NCBI GenBank assembly: GCA_965235115.1
Contig: OZ249436.1
Coordinates: 46,252,001-46,316,000 of the forward strand
DNA from: Laetmonice hystrix
Taxonomy: Eukaryota
DNA length: 64,000 nucleotides
Direction: 5' to 3'
The notes beneath the pieces were generated by a model. That model saw only the letters and a program-made list of their open reading frames with translations. It ran no database searches and was not told where the DNA came from. This document shows positions 61,701-64,000 of the stretch, piece by piece. The translations under genes and the position numbers were made by a program. How positions within the stretch are numbered: the stretch's first letter is position 1; each line of letters begins with the position of its first letter.

Positions 61701-63143
61701 AAAACTAACATGTTGAGTGCGACTGAAAGCGGATGGATCCCAGCGACTTCAAGAAGATAAAGGGGTAGATCTATGTACGGTTTTCAGGGATTCTCCTATG
61801 TTTTGGAGGGGATCAGTGGCCATTGTTTACATCAAAACGACTTTAATGGTGAACAGCCCTGGAACTGTAATTTTGCGCATGCATGGATCCATTTACAGAT
61901 AGCTTTGTTTCTAAACGGACGGCGAGTAACTTTGAGAAGCGCAGTTGTTAGCTATTCTCTTTACGGATATTGAGAAGATGTTAAAATAATTGTCATGATG
62001 GGATGGGGTATCCTGCTTAGAAATTTGAGTAACCTCAGAACAACCTAATTATCCAGGCCTTTCAACAACACGACATGCATAGGAACCATTGTTTAATGGG
62101 GGCCGAAATTAATCAGGGCCGTGAATAGGGGGGCTGGGGGTCCGTAACCTCCCCCCCCCCTCCTCCAAAATCAAGTATATGGCTTCCATTATTGTACACG
62201 ACCAGGCCCAGGTGTGGATCCATAGGGGCTCTCCAAGCATGGCTTCCCCCGGCCCAAGTATAACCCCCCCCCCCTCCCTCAAAAAGTCCTGCGCACGGAA
62301 CTGGCCTTGATAGACAACACGGGCGGGTCCATAATTTTAGAACCGGGGGGGGGGGCTAAAGGAGGGAAATCTAGGAAACAAATTAGGATTAAACAGGGAA
62401 ACCTCTGAAAGTTGTTCAGGGATGAACCTTCAGGACCGCTGGGAAGTCCACGTCAAACTGAGCAGGCCTATTCACGTTAGTCAGGTCCACGTGTGGCCGT
62501 GTCTGGACAAGCATTAGTTATCATTTTCAGGTGTTACTTTACTCCAAGGTAACTTTCTAATGGTATTGGGGTTAGAAATCCGGGTGAGGGCTAGGGCTAG
62601 AGATAAGGGTACACTTTGTCGGGTGGTTTAGGGACCGGGACTGACGGTTAGTATTACAGGTTCGGGGTTAAGTGACGGATTTTTAGTTTTTACCAGATTT
62701 TGTGGATACTCTATCATGAGAGTGTTCAGTCGGTGGTCATGTCACACCCCAATTAAAGGTGATGCGGCAGTGACCACTTGATGTGGTACACAGGACCACT
62801 CCCAGGGGGCAGCACAGGTTACGGTGGACATGGAGTGGTGGTGGGAGGGGGAACAGCCTTGATTACAACCCATCCACAGGTGGGAAGTGCTCATTATGTA
62901 ACTGCACTTAGAGTTCCTCAGTTTATTAGAGGCCACCACCACTTTCAGGAGCGTGGATATCAAAGCCTAACAGCAGCGCACTAGTCTGCGCATGATCAGT
63001 GGCTTATATTGATGCTTCCCACCCTATCTCAGTCTCATTGATGTTTCTATGAAAAACGCAAAACAAGTGGCAGATTTTGGTATTGCATTGTAGCACATTC
63101 GGCCATACATACATCGCTGGAAAAACAGACTGAGAAACGTTAA

Positions 63144-63674
63144 AGGGGCATATTATGAGGAAACGTGAGAAATCGGTATTTCAAAGAACTTTTGCTGTTT
63201 TCATCAAGAGATTCTTCATTAATATTGCTTGGTAAACAAAGACATCAGTTATCAGTTTCATTTTGCGTGACAAATCGAAGTTTATGAAGCTCCCTTGCCC
63301 GCTTTTCTGCCGATTTCGTAAAATATTTTTTGGGTGGCATTCTGATGCCGGACAATCGAGTGCAACTGCTGAATTGTTCACAACTAAACGAAGCACGTGA
63401 CTAATCACATGCAGAGAGTGCAGACGCTGGATGTGACACAGTATGCAATTACACGGGTTGATGGGAGGTTGTCTATAGCAAATTATGGCGGGAGATGTGC
63501 TATCGGGAGAAATCTATAGGTTTGGTCGTATAGAATCTACTTGTGCTGCATACGCAGCGAAAACACGTCGGAGGACAAAATGCTGTGGTAGGATTATTTG
63601 CTTGGATCCCTAGTACATGATCATGTTGGATAATTGCCGGAAATCTAAAAAAACGTGTTTCATAGCATGCCCCT
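63144..63674. mobile_element. Kolobok-type non-autonomous element
   Basis: Termini AGGGGCATATTATGAGGAAACGTG / AACGTGTTTCATAGCATGCCCCT with TTAA at 63140-63143 and 63675-63678. Confidence 0.75.
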
Positions 63675-64000
63675 TTAATGCCTTTGCATTTCGAATGTTG
63701 AGCTGATATTTCAATGTGCTTTGGAATAGAAGCGGCACTTCTTGAGATCAAAAGACAGAACCCCCCTAAGGTTTGGTACTTTAGAACAGAAATGTGACTC
63801 GGAATAGGAATAAAGCAGTGCATTAAGTACTATAGCTTGTACAATTACAAACAGATGGAATCTGAAACCTGCCGTCGTAATGCTGACACAGGCACAGATA
63901 TCAACAAATCCTGTCTTAGAGTCTGTTCGGAAACGTTTTCCGGAGACACTCAGAAATCTCTAGAGTAAGGCCAACAGGTTCCATATCACAAAGGAAAAGT

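Noticed and set aside
62570-62680. Loose TTAGGG/CTAGGG-like motifs
   Set aside because: Too degenerate and short to call an interstitial telomeric tract.

Overview
Repeat-rich eukaryotic (invertebrate) genomic DNA with three assembly gaps. The SINE-like cores suggest a mollusc or other lophotrochozoan, which is inference. No prokaryotic features, CRISPR array or rRNA were seen, and no confidently identifiable host protein gene. Most ORFs in the supplied track are by-products of tandem repeats. There are four main structures. (1) A 7.56 kb foldback-like element (6976-14536) whose two inverted arms are arrays of a 157-bp satellite, each monomer containing a copy of the element's own terminus. 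(2) A near-identical 4.3 kb tandem duplication (35385-44291); each copy holds a tRNA-Pro(TGG) gene and a candidate coiled-coil ORF, possibly a LINE ORF1 relic. (3) A minus-strand tandem array of nine tRNA-Pro genes (46303-52115) in homologous 650-765 bp units, mixing all three anticodons (AGG, CGG, TGG). (4) About a dozen unrelated minisatellite families, three TTAA-flanked Kolobok-type MITEs, other MITEs and SINE fragments. Protein-family calls are by-eye motif matches and need database confirmation.
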